From contig JAFUYJ010000001.1 of assembly GCA_017470645.1 (NCBI GenBank), positions 100,190 to 164,189 on the forward strand: a DNA stretch of 64,000 nucleotides, read 5' to 3'. The DNA is from Clostridia bacterium. GTDB taxonomy: Bacteria > Bacillota > Clostridia > TANB77 > CAG-508. A program made the translations under genes and the position numbers. This document shows positions 31,419 through 43,842 of the stretch, one piece after another. The notes below the pieces were generated by a model, which was not told where the DNA came from, did not search any database, and worked only from the letters and a program-made list of their open reading frames with translations. Within the stretch, counting starts at the first letter, position 1; every line of letters begins with the position of its first letter.

Positions 31419-32542
31419 GAATATATGTACACGTTCCATTTTGTAAGCAGAAATGTAAATATTGTGATTTCGTGTCGTTTCAGTGTATGGAAGACAAATA
31501 TGATGAGTATTTTAAATGTGTTATGAAAGAAATAGAAGATAAAGCACATGAAGTAAAAGAAAGCGTTGATACAATATACATTGGCGGAGGAACACCATCA
31601 ATAGTTCCAGTTAAATACATAGAAAGTGTAATTCACACCATAAAAGAAAATTATAAGGTGCTAAAAAGAGCCGAAATAACAATTGAAGTTAATCCGGGTA
31701 CAGTTGATGAAACAAAACTTACAAAATATTTTTCTTTAGGAATTAATAGATTAAGTATTGGACTTCAGTCAACAAATGATGATCTATTAAAAATGTTGGG
31801 AAGAATACATAATTATAGTGACTTTGAAAATGTTTATGAAATGGCGAGAAATATTGGATTTAAAAATATAAATGTAGATTTAATGATTGGTCTGCCAATG
31901 CAAACTATGGAAGATGTTCAAGATTCGCTAAGCAAAATAATAGAAAAATCTCCAGAACATATTTCGGTTTATTCATTAATAGTTGAAGAGGGGACTGTAC
32001 TAGCTGATCTAATTGAAAAAGGAAAATTAAAATTACCTGATGAAGAACTAGAAAGACAGATGTATTGGGAGGTAAAGAAAACTCTAGAAAATCATAAATA
32101 TGTACATTATGAAATTTCTAATTTTTCTAAAAAAGGACGTAACTCTAAACATAATATGAATTGTTGGAAACAGCATTCATATTTAGGCTTTGGACTAGCC
32201 GCACATTCGTACTTTGATGGAATTAGATATTCAAATATTGATAATTTAAAGCAATATATAGAGAATTTTACTAATGGGGAAGATGTTTATAATGTGATTT
32301 TTCACGAACATCAATCAAGAGAGCAAATGATGAAGGAATATATGTTACTTGGATTAAGAAAAATTGATGGTGTAAAAATAAGCGACTTTAAGGAAAAATT
32401 TGTTGATAATCCTTTGTACGTTTTTAGAAATGAATTAAATAAACTAGTAATGGATGAACTAATTGAGATTGAAGATGATAAAATTATGCTTACAAATAAA
32501 GGTATAGATTTAGCAAATTTGGTATGGATGGAATTTGTATAG
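31409..32542 (+). CDS. hemW: Radical SAM heme chaperone HemW (HemN-like)
   Basis: YVHVPFCKQKCKYCDF carries the CxxxCxxC cluster motif. It occupies the conserved position upstream of hrcA. Confidence 0.9.
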   Translation: MSVGIYVHVPFCKQKCKYCDFVSFQCMEDKYDEYFKCVMKEIEDKAHEVKESVDTIYIGGGTPSIVPVKYIESVIHTIKENYKVLKRAEITIEVNPGTVDETKLTKYFSLGINRLSIGLQSTNDDLLKMLGRIHNYSDFENVYEMARNIGFKNINVDLMIGLPMQTMEDVQDSLSKIIEKSPEHISVYSLIVEEGTVLADLIEKGKLKLPDEELERQMYWEVKKTLENHKYVHYEISNFSKKGRNSKHNMNCWKQHSYLGFGLAAHSYFDGIRYSNIDNLKQYIENFTNGEDVYNVIFHEHQSREQMMKEYMLLGLRKIDGVKISDFKEKFVDNPLYVFRNELNKLVMDELIEIEDDKIMLTNKGIDLANLVWMEFV

Positions 32543-32591
32543 AGTGATTTATCACTGGCCGTTACTAATAAATAAAATAATTTAATATTTT

Positions 32592-32618
32592 TTAGCAGAA
32601 TGTATTGACATTTGCTAA
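32592..32618. promoter_or_regulatory. Degenerate CIRCE-like operator overlapping the hrcA promoter -35
   Basis: TTAGCAGAA-N9-ATTTGCTAA, with TTGACA at 32605-32610 inside the spacer. Confidence 0.5.
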
Positions 32619-32634
32619 AAAAGGGTATACTATA

Positions 32635-32661
32635 TTAGCAGTCTGATAAAAAGACTGCTAA
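32635..32661. promoter_or_regulatory. CIRCE operator (HrcA binding site)
   Basis: TTAGCAGTC-tgataaaaa-GACTGCTAA has perfect 9-bp arms, against the consensus TTAGCACTC-N9-GAGTGCTAA. Confidence 0.9.
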
Positions 32662-32703
32662 TTTTATGTATACAACAAAACGGAACATAAAAGAGGTGAG
32701 AAA

Positions 32704-33714
32704 GTGTTAAACGATAGGAAAAAAAGAATTTTACAAGCAATTGTAGACGAATATGTTGATACAGCTGAACCAGTTAGCTCAGGAGCAATTTCACAAAAAC
32801 ACGGAATTGACTTTAGTAGTGCAACAATAAGAAATGAAATGGCTGAACTAGAGAAAGAAGGATACCTAGATAAGGTTCATACATCAAGTGGAAGGGTTCC
32901 ATCAGCAAAAGGATACAGATTGTATGTAGATGAGTTGTTAAAAGAACAAAATCTATCATTGGAAGAAACAAAATATATTAAAGAAAAACTTGAAATTAAG
33001 GTTAATGAAATTGAAGAATTAACAAGAATTGCTACAAATACTTTATCCGAAATAACGCATTATACAACGGTTGCAATAGGACCAAAGAATGAGAGTCAAT
33101 TAATAGAAGAAATTAAATTTGTTTTACTTGGAACTCGAATGATGATGTGTGTTATTATAACAGACGGTGGTTTAGTAAAAGAAGCAATTATAAAATTTGA
33201 TGAAGATATAAGAGAAGAACAAGTACAAAATCTAAATTATATTTTCAATGCCAAATTAAAGGGAAAACCTTTTGAAAAAATAGATAAACCATTAGAAGAA
33301 TATATTTTTTCAGAATTAAATTACAGTGTTGATGTAATAAAAACAATAATAGAGCAAATAAATAAAGTGATTGAAGAAGAAGAAAAAATATATTATGAAG
33401 GTGCTAATAAAGTATTTGAACAACCAGAATTTCAAGATGTGCAAATGGCTAAAAATTTCCTAAATATATTGGACAAAAAAGATTTAGTTATGGATTTATT
33501 GAATTCGGAATTCGCAGATGACATAAATGTATATATAGGGGACGACAACGACGAAGACGGATTAAAAGATTTTAGTGTTATTACTTTTAAACAGAAAATA
33601 AACGACAAAGAAATGGGAACTATAGGAATTATAGGACCAAAGAGAATGGATTATTCTAAAGTTATTTCTGTTATGAAATATATTAAAGGTTTAATGGGAA
33701 ATGGAGGTAAGTAG
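32704..33714 (+). CDS. hrcA: Heat-inducible transcription repressor HrcA
   Basis: LNDRKKRILQAIVDEYVDTAEPVSS...SSATIRNEMAELEKEGYL. GTG start. Confidence 0.95.
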   Translation: MLNDRKKRILQAIVDEYVDTAEPVSSGAISQKHGIDFSSATIRNEMAELEKEGYLDKVHTSSGRVPSAKGYRLYVDELLKEQNLSLEETKYIKEKLEIKVNEIEELTRIATNTLSEITHYTTVAIGPKNESQLIEEIKFVLLGTRMMMCVIITDGGLVKEAIIKFDEDIREEQVQNLNYIFNAKLKGKPFEKIDKPLEEYIFSELNYSVDVIKTIIEQINKVIEEEEKIYYEGANKVFEQPEFQDVQMAKNFLNILDKKDLVMDLLNSEFADDINVYIGDDNDEDGLKDFSVITFKQKINDKEMGTIGIIGPKRMDYSKVISVMKYIKGLMGNGGK

Positions 33715-33717
33715 TTA

Positions 33718-34239
33718 ATGGCACAAGACTTAGAAGAAAATGTAGAAAAAACAGAAGAATACAATGGTGAAGTAAGTGCAGAGTTGTTAAATAGCCTAAA
33801 AGAAAAGTTAGAATCACAAAAAGCCGAAATTGATGATAAAGAAGATAGACTTAAAAGATTGATGGCTGAATTTGATAACTATAAAAAAAGAAGTGCAAAA
33901 GAAAGAGAAGGCTTGTACAATTCACTAGTTTCAGATATTGCTATTTCTTTATTACCAGTTATTGATAACTTAGAAAAGGCAGTAAGTGTAAAAACTGAAG
34001 ATAACAATTATAAAGTTGGAGTTGAATTGGTTTTAAAACAATTCAAGGATGTATTAAAGGCAAATGGAATTAATGAAATTGAAGCTGTTGGAAAAACTTT
34101 TGATCCACAATTACATGAAGCTGTAAGTTCTGTTTCTGATCCTGAACTAGGTGTTCAAGAGATTAAAGAGGAATATAGAAAAGGCTACATTATAGGAGAT
34201 AAAGTTATAAGACATTCATTAGTTGTAGTGGCTAATTAA
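33718..34239 (+). CDS. grpE: Nucleotide exchange factor GrpE
   Basis: RLMAEFDNYKKR and FDPQLHEAV motifs. Confidence 0.95.
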   Translation: MAQDLEENVEKTEEYNGEVSAELLNSLKEKLESQKAEIDDKEDRLKRLMAEFDNYKKRSAKEREGLYNSLVSDIAISLLPVIDNLEKAVSVKTEDNNYKVGVELVLKQFKDVLKANGINEIEAVGKTFDPQLHEAVSSVSDPELGVQEIKEEYRKGYIIGDKVIRHSLVVVAN

Positions 34240-34263
34240 TAAAAAAAGGAAGTTTAAATTTAA

Positions 34264-36126
<1,863 letters not shown>

Positions 36127-36144
36127 TTTTTTTGATTAGGTGTG

Positions 36145-36347
36145 AATGACCTTTTGGGGTTGGTGCCGTGAGAAAAAATTAGATATTTTATAAAAAAGTA
36201 ACCCCTCCAAACGCGGTGGATATTGAGGTCGTTCGGAGGGGTTGTTACGATAACTGGGGTGGTTTTTGTTTGAGGGCTCAGGTCGGGGATTACTTTTTTA
36301 TAAAATACTAATTTTTGGCTCCGAGTGGATTTTTGGAAAGGTCATTT
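36145..36347. repeat. Long palindromic element E3 between dnaK and dnaJ
   Basis: Outer arms are aatgaccttt / aaaggtcatt. Inner AT-rich arms 36173-36201 and 36290-36316 are complementary except for one bulged A. The core contains the cccctcc...ggagggg hairpin and a GT-rich tract ggggtggtttttgtttgaggg. Confidence 0.65.
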
Positions 36348-36403
36348 GAATTTGGTATAAAGATTATTTATTGGTGTAGTAATAGAAAGAAAGGGAGTAT
36401 AAG

Positions 36404-37552
36404 ATGGCTCAGAAAAGAGATTATTATGAGGTGTTGGGAGTTAGCAAGTCTGCTACCGATGAAGAGTTAAAGAAGGCTTATAGAAAACTTGCTAAGAAGT
36501 ATCATCCTGATGCTAATCCAGATAATAAGGAAGAGGCTGAACAGAAGTTTAAAGAAGTAAACGAAGCGTATGAGGTGTTGTCTGACGCTCAAAAGAGACG
36601 TATGTATGATCAATTTGGGCATGATGGACCTGCCGGTTTTGGTGGTGGTAACCCTGGTGGTGGTTATTATTCATATTCTACTTCTGGATTTAGTGGCTTT
36701 GAAGATTTTGATTTGGGTGATATTTTTTCATCTATTTTCGGAGGAGGAGCTGGAAGAAGTGGTTCTAGAAGAAATAATGGACCTATGAAAGGTGCAGATT
36801 TGAGATATAATTTGGATATTTCTTTTGAAGAGGCCTTTTTAGGAGTTGAAAAAGATATTTCAATTTCTAGAGATGAAAAATGTACAACTTGTTCTGGAAC
36901 TGGTGCAAAACCAGGTACATCATCTGAAACATGTAAAACTTGTGGTGGTTCAGGCCAAGTAAGACAAGTGCAAAATACAATTTTAGGACAGATGCAAACT
37001 TCTAGAACTTGTACTGCTTGTCATGGTACAGGTAAAATTATTAAGGAAGTTTGTGAAACTTGTAAAGGTAAGGGAACAGTTAGAAAAGTAGCTAAAATTA
37101 AAGTTAAAATTCCTGCAGGTATTGATACTGATCAATCTATAGTTTTAAGAGGTGAAGGTGAGCCTGGAGTTCGTGGTGGAGCTAATGGTGATTTATACAT
37201 AGTTGTTAGAATTAAGAAAAATAGCGTTTATACTAGAAAAGGTACTACTGTGTATTGCAATGTTCCTATTACATTCACTCAGGCTACATTAGGTGCTGAA
37301 CTTTTAATACCTATGGTTGATGGAACAAAAATGAAATATCGTATTCCTGAAGGAACTCAAACTGGTACAACATTTACTATTAAAGGAAAGGGATTTAAAA
37401 ATATTAATACGAATAATAATGGTGATTTTGTATTTACGGTTAATGTTCAAGTTCCTAAACGTTTGTCTAAAGAGCAGAGGGATTTATTAACTCAGCTTGC
37501 AAAAACAATGAATGAACAACCTCCTATAAAAAAGAGGGGAATATTTGGATAA
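36404..37552 (+). CDS. dnaJ: Molecular chaperone DnaJ
   Basis: J domain with HPD (KYHPDAN), a G/F-rich region and four CxxCxGxG zinc-finger repeats. Confidence 0.97.
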   Translation: MAQKRDYYEVLGVSKSATDEELKKAYRKLAKKYHPDANPDNKEEAEQKFKEVNEAYEVLSDAQKRRMYDQFGHDGPAGFGGGNPGGGYYSYSTSGFSGFEDFDLGDIFSSIFGGGAGRSGSRRNNGPMKGADLRYNLDISFEEAFLGVEKDISISRDEKCTTCSGTGAKPGTSSETCKTCGGSGQVRQVQNTILGQMQTSRTCTACHGTGKIIKEVCETCKGKGTVRKVAKIKVKIPAGIDTDQSIVLRGEGEPGVRGGANGDLYIVVRIKKNSVYTRKGTTVYCNVPITFTQATLGAELLIPMVDGTKMKYRIPEGTQTGTTFTIKGKGFKNINTNNNGDFVFTVNVQVPKRLSKEQRDLLTQLAKTMNEQPPIKKRGIFG

Positions 37553-37592
37553 AAAAATGACTGGAATTTAATTATGAGTTCCGGTCTTTTTT
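37553..37592 (+). terminator. Intrinsic terminator after dnaJ
   Basis: gactggaa-tttaattatgag-ttccggtc followed by tttttt. Confidence 0.7.
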
Positions 37593-37761
37593 GGGTTGAT
37601 TTGCAAATTAACATTCTGTAAATTTTAATTCTTAAAATTTTCATATCAACAAAAAATCCATTAAAAAAACAAAAAAATTCCATAAAAATATTGCATTTCC
37701 TTGCATAATTTTGTATAATAATTGTTATGTTAAACTAAATTAAGAAGGAGATGTTTATATA

Positions 37762-39204
37762 ATGAAAAAGACAAAAATTATTTGTAGTATTGGACCTGCT
37801 AGTAACCAACCAGAAGTTATGTCTCAAATGGTTCAAAATGGAATGAACATTGCAAGATTAAACTTTTCTCACGCAACAGACGAAGAAAAAATGCAATTCC
37901 AAAATTGTGTAAGAGAAGTTAGAAAAATGACAGGAAAAAATGTATCAATATTATGGGATACAAAAGGACCAGAACTTCGTGGTGGAGTTATGGTAGAAGA
38001 AGGTGCTGACTTAGTTGTTGGTAACACAATTCGTATCGTAAAAGATGATGTTATAGGAAATGCTGAAAGAATTACAATTAACCACCCACAAGTTATAGAC
38101 ACATTAGAAGTTAATGACGAAGTATGGTTAGAAAATGCTAAAATGAAAGTTGTAGTTATTTCTAAAGAAGCTGATGGTGTAACATGTAAAATTACACAAG
38201 GTGGACATTTAGGAAGCAGAAAAAGCTTTATTATACCTGGTAAACCATTAGATATTCCATATATTTCAGATAAAGATAGAGAAGATATCAAATATTCTTG
38301 CGAGCATGGTGGAGAATACTTAGCAATATCTTTTGTATCAAACAAAGAAAATATTGCTGAAGTAAAAGCATTATTAAAAGAGTATGGTAGAGAAGACTTT
38401 AAAATTATTTGTAAAGTTGAAAGCGTTATTGGTGTTCAAAATATTAAAGAAATATTTGAAAACTCAGACGGTGTTATGATTGGTCGTGGAGACTTAGGTT
38501 CAGAAGTTCCACCAGAAGAAATTCCAGCTATTCAAAAAATGATAGTAAAAACAGCTCGTGAAATGGGAAAAATCGTTATTGTTGCAACAGAAATGCTTGA
38601 AACAATGATGGAAAACAATAGACCAAAAAGAGCTGAAACATCTGATATAGCAAACGCTGTATTTGATGGAACAGATGCAGTTATGCTTTCTGGAGAAACA
38701 ACAGTTGGTAAACATCCAATTGAAACAGTAGCTGCTATGGCTAGAACTTGTGAAGTTTCAGAAAAATATGCTGATTTCGAAGGAAGATTTGCTTTACCAG
38801 TTATTCCTGATGAAAATGAATGTATAGCTTTAGCATCAAGTGCAATCAATTGTGCTAAAATAATGGATGCTAAATTGATAGTTGTTGAAACAGTTACAGG
38901 AAGAACAGCTAGATTCTTAAGTAACTTAAAACCAAACGTTCCAATTATTGCAGTTTGCGATAATGAAAAATTAGGAAGAAGAATTGGATTAAACTATGCA
39001 GTATATCCAGTAATAAAAGAAAGAGCAACATCTGTTGAAAAATTCTTAGCTGATGCAAAAGACGCTGCTATAGAATTCGCAGAGAAAAATGATGTTAAAT
39101 TAGAAAAAGGTGATAAAATATTAATCACTGCAGGATTCACTGAAGGTGAAAAAGACTTAAAAGATTACGTAAGTACTAATTTAATCAAAGTTGAAGAAAT
39201 CTAA
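37762..39204 (+). CDS. pyk: Pyruvate kinase
   Basis: KTKIICSIGPAS, ARLNFSHA, MIGRGDLG and VATEMLETM motifs, 480 aa. Confidence 0.95.
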   Translation: MKKTKIICSIGPASNQPEVMSQMVQNGMNIARLNFSHATDEEKMQFQNCVREVRKMTGKNVSILWDTKGPELRGGVMVEEGADLVVGNTIRIVKDDVIGNAERITINHPQVIDTLEVNDEVWLENAKMKVVVISKEADGVTCKITQGGHLGSRKSFIIPGKPLDIPYISDKDREDIKYSCEHGGEYLAISFVSNKENIAEVKALLKEYGREDFKIICKVESVIGVQNIKEIFENSDGVMIGRGDLGSEVPPEEIPAIQKMIVKTAREMGKIVIVATEMLETMMENNRPKRAETSDIANAVFDGTDAVMLSGETTVGKHPIETVAAMARTCEVSEKYADFEGRFALPVIPDENECIALASSAINCAKIMDAKLIVVETVTGRTARFLSNLKPNVPIIAVCDNEKLGRRIGLNYAVYPVIKERATSVEKFLADAKDAAIEFAEKNDVKLEKGDKILITAGFTEGEKDLKDYVSTNLIKVEEI

Positions 39205-39236
39205 TTGTAGAGTAGATTTTTATATAAAAGAAATAT

Positions 39237-39273
39237 CCCGTTCATGTCAACTAGACTTGAACGGGCTTTTTTT
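39237..39273. terminator. Bidirectional terminator between pyk and cassette (e)
   Basis: cccgttca-tgtcaactagact-tgaacggg followed by cttttttt, with an A-run on the other strand. Confidence 0.8.
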
Positions 39274-39577
39274 AAGCAACAAGTGCTATTAGTGAACGAA
39301 TGGAACTTTTTAAGTCCCGTAAACGATCGTATTCTTTTTTTGCTTGTTCACATGCAGCGTCAAAGGATTTATCAGTTTTTGTATCTTTAACTGAATGTAC
39401 TGCAGCGCAAAACAAGCGGTTGTAGTAGGATATTTCTTTGTTTTTAAGCGTAATTAACGCATCAACAGTATTTATCATATGAAATAAATCCTCTTGATCC
39501 TTTACGTTAATTTTACTGTCTTTTTCCCCCACAAACCGTTGGATACTTTGAGATATTTCTTCAAGTATCTCGTCCAT
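39272..39577 (-). CDS. Hypothetical 101-aa helical protein, G+C-richer cassette (e)
   Basis: MDEILEEISQSIQRFVGEKD... starts 7 nt after a GGAGGG RBS, with a TGcTATAAT -10 upstream. It has two in-frame CGG codons (Arg14, Arg87). I recognise no family. Confidence 0.55.
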   Translation of the reverse strand: MDEILEEISQSIQRFVGEKDSKINVKDQEDLFHMINTVDALITLKNKEISYYNRLFCAAVHSVKDTKTDKSFDAACEQAKKEYDRLRDLKSSIRSLIALVA

Positions 39578-39790
39578 TTTTGATCCCTCCAAATAATTAT
39601 TTGTACTATTGCTGTAAATACTTTATGTTTAAAAAAGGATTCTTAGTGAATTTTAGTACTTGAGCATTATAGCATATATTTCTACAAAAATAAACAATTT
39701 TTTTTAATTAATAAAAACAGGTATGAATGGAATAAATTTATAGGAATTTGCATACTATAATTAACAGAATATGTTTTTAGGAGAATAAAT

Positions 39791-40069
39791 ATGAAATATG
39801 AGTATGTGAAGGAAGATAAGGAAATAAAAGATAAGAGCGAGAATGAAAAGAGATTGGAATTGATTGTTAGTGTTATAAAAACTAGGAATGATTTAGAAAA
39901 TGCACGAAATAATTATGAATTTGCGGATGGTAATTTGATTGATTATTTTTTGTATGAAATAAAGGCAAATCAGGCTAAGTTAGATTATTTATTGAGTAAG
40001 GCAAAGAAAGAGGGGGTTGAGCTTGATTTGGTTGGTTCTTTTTGTTTGAAAAATAAGAAGGTTATATAG
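39791..40069 (+). CDS. yaaL: YaaL-like protein (DUF2508)
   Basis: A 92-aa protein with NARNNYEFADGNLIDYFLYEIKANQAKLDYLLSKAKKEG, the DUF2508 pattern. It is followed by bofA, as in Bacillus. Confidence 0.65.
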   Translation: MKYEYVKEDKEIKDKSENEKRLELIVSVIKTRNDLENARNNYEFADGNLIDYFLYEIKANQAKLDYLLSKAKKEGVELDLVGSFCLKNKKVI

Positions 40070-40122
40070 TGATTATTTGTGTGGGAAAAGCTTTCCCATA
40101 GTACATAAATAAGGAGTTTAAA

Positions 40123-40389
40123 ATGGATATAAATACGGTTATTATTTATTTGGGGTGTTTAATAGTGTTGTTTATTGTTGGCAAGGTGTTTTATTTGCCG
40201 TTAAAACATATTATTAAATTATTGCTGAATTCGGTGTTGGGGGGATTTTTAATATACATAATTAATGTTGTGGGGAGTTCTTTTTGTTTTCATATTGGGT
40301 TAAATGTTTGGACTGCTGTTTTTACGGGTATTTTGGGGGTGCCGGGGGTTGTGGTGTTGGTGCTTATTAGGCTTATGATTGGTTTTTGA
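40123..40389 (+). CDS. bofA: Pro-sigma-K processing inhibitor BofA
   Basis: An 88-aa two-TM protein with LNSVLGGFLIYIIN...GLNVWTAVFTGILGVPGV, typical of BofA. Confidence 0.8.
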   Translation: MDINTVIIYLGCLIVLFIVGKVFYLPLKHIIKLLLNSVLGGFLIYIINVVGSSFCFHIGLNVWTAVFTGILGVPGVVVLVLIRLMIGF

Positions 40390-40404
40390 TTTTTGCAGGG
40401 AGCC

Positions 40405-40616
40405 GTCGAAAAATAAAGTGAACCCGAGCTTATATTGTTTTATTCGTTTCGCCCCAACTGCGAACTAAGAGTAAGAATCTTTCGTGCAAGATTGGGTGTG
40501 GTTGTATGACATGTGTGTCTTTTGCACGAAATCTTCTAACTCTTACTAGCTTGTCGGTCCCCACCTTGACTTCACTCATAAAACAATATAAGCTCGGGTT
40601 TACTTTATTTTTTGAC
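40405..40616. repeat. Long palindromic element E4 between bofA and glmS (39-bp arms with two G-U-compatible mismatches)
   Basis: 40405-40443 is complementary to 40578-40616 except at two positions, where a plus-strand G faces a T. An inner imperfect stem pairs ctaagagtaagaatctttcgtgcaa with ttgcacgaaatcttctaactcttactag. The apex is GT-rich: gggtgtggttgtatgacatgtgtgtc. Confidence 0.7.
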
Positions 40617-40693
40617 TACTCTACTTTTTTTGATGATTTTGTTTTATTGTATTATTCTAATGTGATATATTATTCTAGTATTTTATTATTCTC

Positions 40694-42574
40694 TTATTCT
40701 ACTGTAACTGATTTTGCTAGGTTTCTTGGCTTATCTACGTCTAATCCCTTGTTTTTAGAAATGTAATATGATAATAGCTGTAATGGTACAACGGATAAAA
40801 TAGGGGAGATAAGTGGACAAATTTTAGGTATTTCTATTACGTAATCAAATGTGTGTCCTTCTAAGTTTTGGTTTGTTATAACCATTGTTTTAGCTCCTCT
40901 TGTAATTACTTCTTGAATGTTGCTTATTGTCTTTTTAGCTAAAGATTCGTCTGTTAAGATGCTTATAACATGAATTCCGTTTTCAATTAAAGCTATAGGA
41001 CCATGTTTTAGTTCTCCGGCTGCATATGCTTCTGAATGGATGTATGATATTTCTTTTAGTTTTAGAGATCCTTCTTTTGCAACAGTTTCATCAATTCCTC
41101 TTCCTAGGAAGAACATATCTTTTTCTGTGTATGCATTTTCTGCAAATTCCTTTATTAAGTCAGTGTTTTCTAAAACAATTGCTAATTTTTTAGGTAAATT
41201 GATAATATCATTTTTAAGGTCTTCTAATTTGATTGTGTCTCCATTTGAGTTTATTGTTATATCTGAATCACTATATCCTAATAATTCAGAAAAATGTATT
41301 GCTAGAACAGCAAATAATACAACTTGTGATGTGTATGCTTTTGTTGATGCAACAGCTATTTCTGGTCCTGCATGTGTATAAATTGTGTAATCAGCTTCTC
41401 TTGTTATTGAACTTCCTATAACATTTGAAATAGCTAAAGTTTTTGCTCCTTTTTCTCTTGAAAGTTTAAGGGCAGCAATAGTATCAGCTGTTTCACCGGA
41501 TTGACTTACGTATATGCATAGTGTTTTATCATCAATTATTGGGTCTCTATATCTGAATTCTGATGCTATATCAACTTCAGTAGGTATTTTGCATAATTTT
41601 TCTAGTAGAACTTTTCCAACTAATCCGGCGTGCATAGCAGTTCCACATGCTACGATAAATATTTTGTTTATATTTTTTAAGTATTCAGGTTTAATGTCTA
41701 AATCATCAAAGTTTACAGGTTCATTTAGTTTTAATCTTGATCCAACAGTTTCTCTAATTGAGTTTGGTTGTTCAAATATTTCTTTTAGCATATAATCTTC
41801 ATATCCATTTTTTTCAGCAGCTGAGGCATCCCATTCGATGTTTTTAATGTTTTTAGAATGCTTCTCTAAATCTGTATTATAGAATGATATTGAATCTTTT
41901 GTAATAACTGCTAATTCGTTATCGTTTAATAAATAAAAATCTTTTGTATATGTTAGCAATGCTGGTATATCAGATGCTATATAGTTTTCGTCTGATTTTG
42001 TACCAATAACTAAAGGGCTGTCTTTTCTGCCAACTATAATTGTGTTTGGCATAAGAGGGGAGATGACTTCTATTGCATAGCTTCCCTTCAAATCTTTTGT
42101 CGCTTCAGCAACAGCTCTTAATGTTTTATCTGTATCAGATTTATCAGTCTCTTCTATATTTGTATAGTAATAATGAATTAAGTTAGGTATAACTTCTGTA
42201 TCTGTTTGAGAATAAAAAGTATATCCTTTTTCTGCTAAAAAAGCACGTAATTCATTATAATTTTCAATAATTCCATTGTGAACAACTGCAAATGTGTTGC
42301 TGTTGTCAAAATGTGGATGAGAGTTTTCTTTTGAAGGCTTACCGTGAGTTGCCCATCTTGTATGAGCTATTCCATAAGTACCTTGAAGTTTGTCATATCC
42401 GTCTAAGTCTAATATGTTTTTTACTCTTCCTTTATCCTTCATAATTTTGATCTCATTGTTTTCTAATGTAGCAATTCCTGCAGAGTCATAACCTCTGTAT
42501 TCAAGGGCTAATAACCCGTCTATTAAAATATTGCTAGCTTTTTTGTTTCCTACATATCCTATAATTCCACACAT
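40694..42574 (-). CDS. glmS: Glutamine--fructose-6-phosphate aminotransferase GlmS
   Basis: MCGIIGY N-terminus and two SIS domains, ending in KPRNLAKSVTVE. 626 aa. Confidence 0.97.
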   Translation of the reverse strand: MCGIIGYVGNKKASNILIDGLLALEYRGYDSAGIATLENNEIKIMKDKGRVKNILDLDGYDKLQGTYGIAHTRWATHGKPSKENSHPHFDNSNTFAVVHNGIIENYNELRAFLAEKGYTFYSQTDTEVIPNLIHYYYTNIEETDKSDTDKTLRAVAEATKDLKGSYAIEVISPLMPNTIIVGRKDSPLVIGTKSDENYIASDIPALLTYTKDFYLLNDNELAVITKDSISFYNTDLEKHSKNIKNIEWDASAAEKNGYEDYMLKEIFEQPNSIRETVGSRLKLNEPVNFDDLDIKPEYLKNINKIFIVACGTAMHAGLVGKVLLEKLCKIPTEVDIASEFRYRDPIIDDKTLCIYVSQSGETADTIAALKLSREKGAKTLAISNVIGSSITREADYTIYTHAGPEIAVASTKAYTSQVVLFAVLAIHFSELLGYSDSDITINSNGDTIKLEDLKNDIINLPKKLAIVLENTDLIKEFAENAYTEKDMFFLGRGIDETVAKEGSLKLKEISYIHSEAYAAGELKHGPIALIENGIHVISILTDESLAKKTISNIQEVITRGAKTMVITNQNLEGHTFDYVIEIPKICPLISPILSVVPLQLLSYYISKNKGLDVDKPRNLAKSVTVE

Positions 42575-42694
42575 AAAAAAATCCTCCTAAAATTAATTTC
42601 TTAATTATAAAAGGTACAGCTTAAATATGATTATTTTAGTGCAATATTAATAAACATTAATTTTTTAATGCTAAGTAAAAAATGCAACTTAAAT

Positions 42695-42845
42695 AAACTT
42701 ACGTAATAGCATTTTTGTTTTAGCATTTCTGCTAGGTTTTGTGTGCTATTTTTGACAGTAAGCATGCCATAGGATTATCCGCCGAGTCTTTCGATAAATC
42801 CTATCCTCGTCAACAAAGTATTTTACTTTGTCCTGGCGCTATAAC
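42695..42845 (-). ncRNA. glmS ribozyme (GlcN6P-activated self-cleaving riboswitch)
   Basis: The minus strand reads AGCGCCAGGACAAAGUAAAAUACUUUGUUGACGAGGAUAGGAUUUAUCGAAAGACUCGGCGGAUAAUCCUAU... The cleavage-site A/GCGCC, GACGAGG, UUUAUCGAA and CGGCGGAU core blocks are in the canonical order directly upstream of glmS. Confidence 0.9.
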
Positions 42846-43078
42846 TAAATACAAACTTCTCCTTTCTTGTAAAATTTTGTAACTTTTATAATTATAATAT
42901 TATATTATACTAAGTGTAAAAATTGTGCAAGCATTTTGCGAAAATGTTATAAATAATAAATTAATATCTTACTCGACAAAATTGAACAAAAAATATTGAT
43001 GTCTATAAATCTTGGGTTGCAATAATAATAAAAAATTTGTATAATAATTGTTGTAGTAATTTTTGTAGGAGGAAATAT

Positions 43079-43732
43079 ATGAAATTAGTAGAATTAGAAT
43101 GTCAAAATTGTGGAGCAGCATTGAAAGTTGAAGAAGGAACAAATAATGTTACTTGTCCATATTGCAATGCAACATATAAATTAGATGATGAAACTCAACA
43201 TATAAAATATGATGATATGGAAAATTCAGGATATGAGTTTGAGAAAGGAAGAATTAAGGCACAAAAAGAACATGCTAGTAGTAATGTTAATGCAAATGTA
43301 ACTTCAAATATAAATACAAAATTTCCTAAAGTTGCATTAATTCCAGTTATTATAGTAGCTATTGTTATGATAGTATCAATTGTAACTTCAGGTTTAACTT
43401 TTAAAGATTGGAAGAATAAGTTTGATAATAACAGTAATAGTGCATCTACAGAAAAGGCAAAAAAAGAGTTGGAATCTAAAGTACATGATTTTAATTGGCG
43501 TTATTCAAGTGGAAAAAAAGCAGGAGCATTTGTAAAAAACGATTTAAATGATGTAATAAATAGTAATAGAACAAATAAAGAAAGATTTATAACTGTAAAA
43601 TTTAACGGCATAGAAACTCAAGACTCAGACGAAATATTAAAAATAATTGACCAAATTGATTCATTTGAAGATTATAATGTTTTGTTAGATTATGATGATG
43701 ACGGATTTATTACTGTAATAAATATTGAATAA
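43079..43732 (+). CDS. Zinc-ribbon membrane protein, function unknown
   Basis: MKLVELECQNCGAAL...CPYCNATYKL (CxxC...CxxC) followed by one TM helix. Starts after a GGAGGA RBS. Confidence 0.6.
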   Translation: MKLVELECQNCGAALKVEEGTNNVTCPYCNATYKLDDETQHIKYDDMENSGYEFEKGRIKAQKEHASSNVNANVTSNINTKFPKVALIPVIIVAIVMIVSIVTSGLTFKDWKNKFDNNSNSASTEKAKKELESKVHDFNWRYSSGKKAGAFVKNDLNDVINSNRTNKERFITVKFNGIETQDSDEILKIIDQIDSFEDYNVLLDYDDDGFITVINIE

Positions 43733-43737
43733 TTACA

Positions 43738-43774
43738 ATGAACAGATTTAGCACAATAAATCTGTTCATTTTTA
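43738..43774 (+). terminator. Intrinsic terminator
   Basis: atgaacagattt-agcacaat-aaatctgttcat followed by tttt. Confidence 0.75.
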
Positions 43775-43842
43775 TGTTTAAATATTGAGAATATTAGTCA
43801 AAAATGGTATAATAGTATCATAATTTAGTAAGGAGATAGATA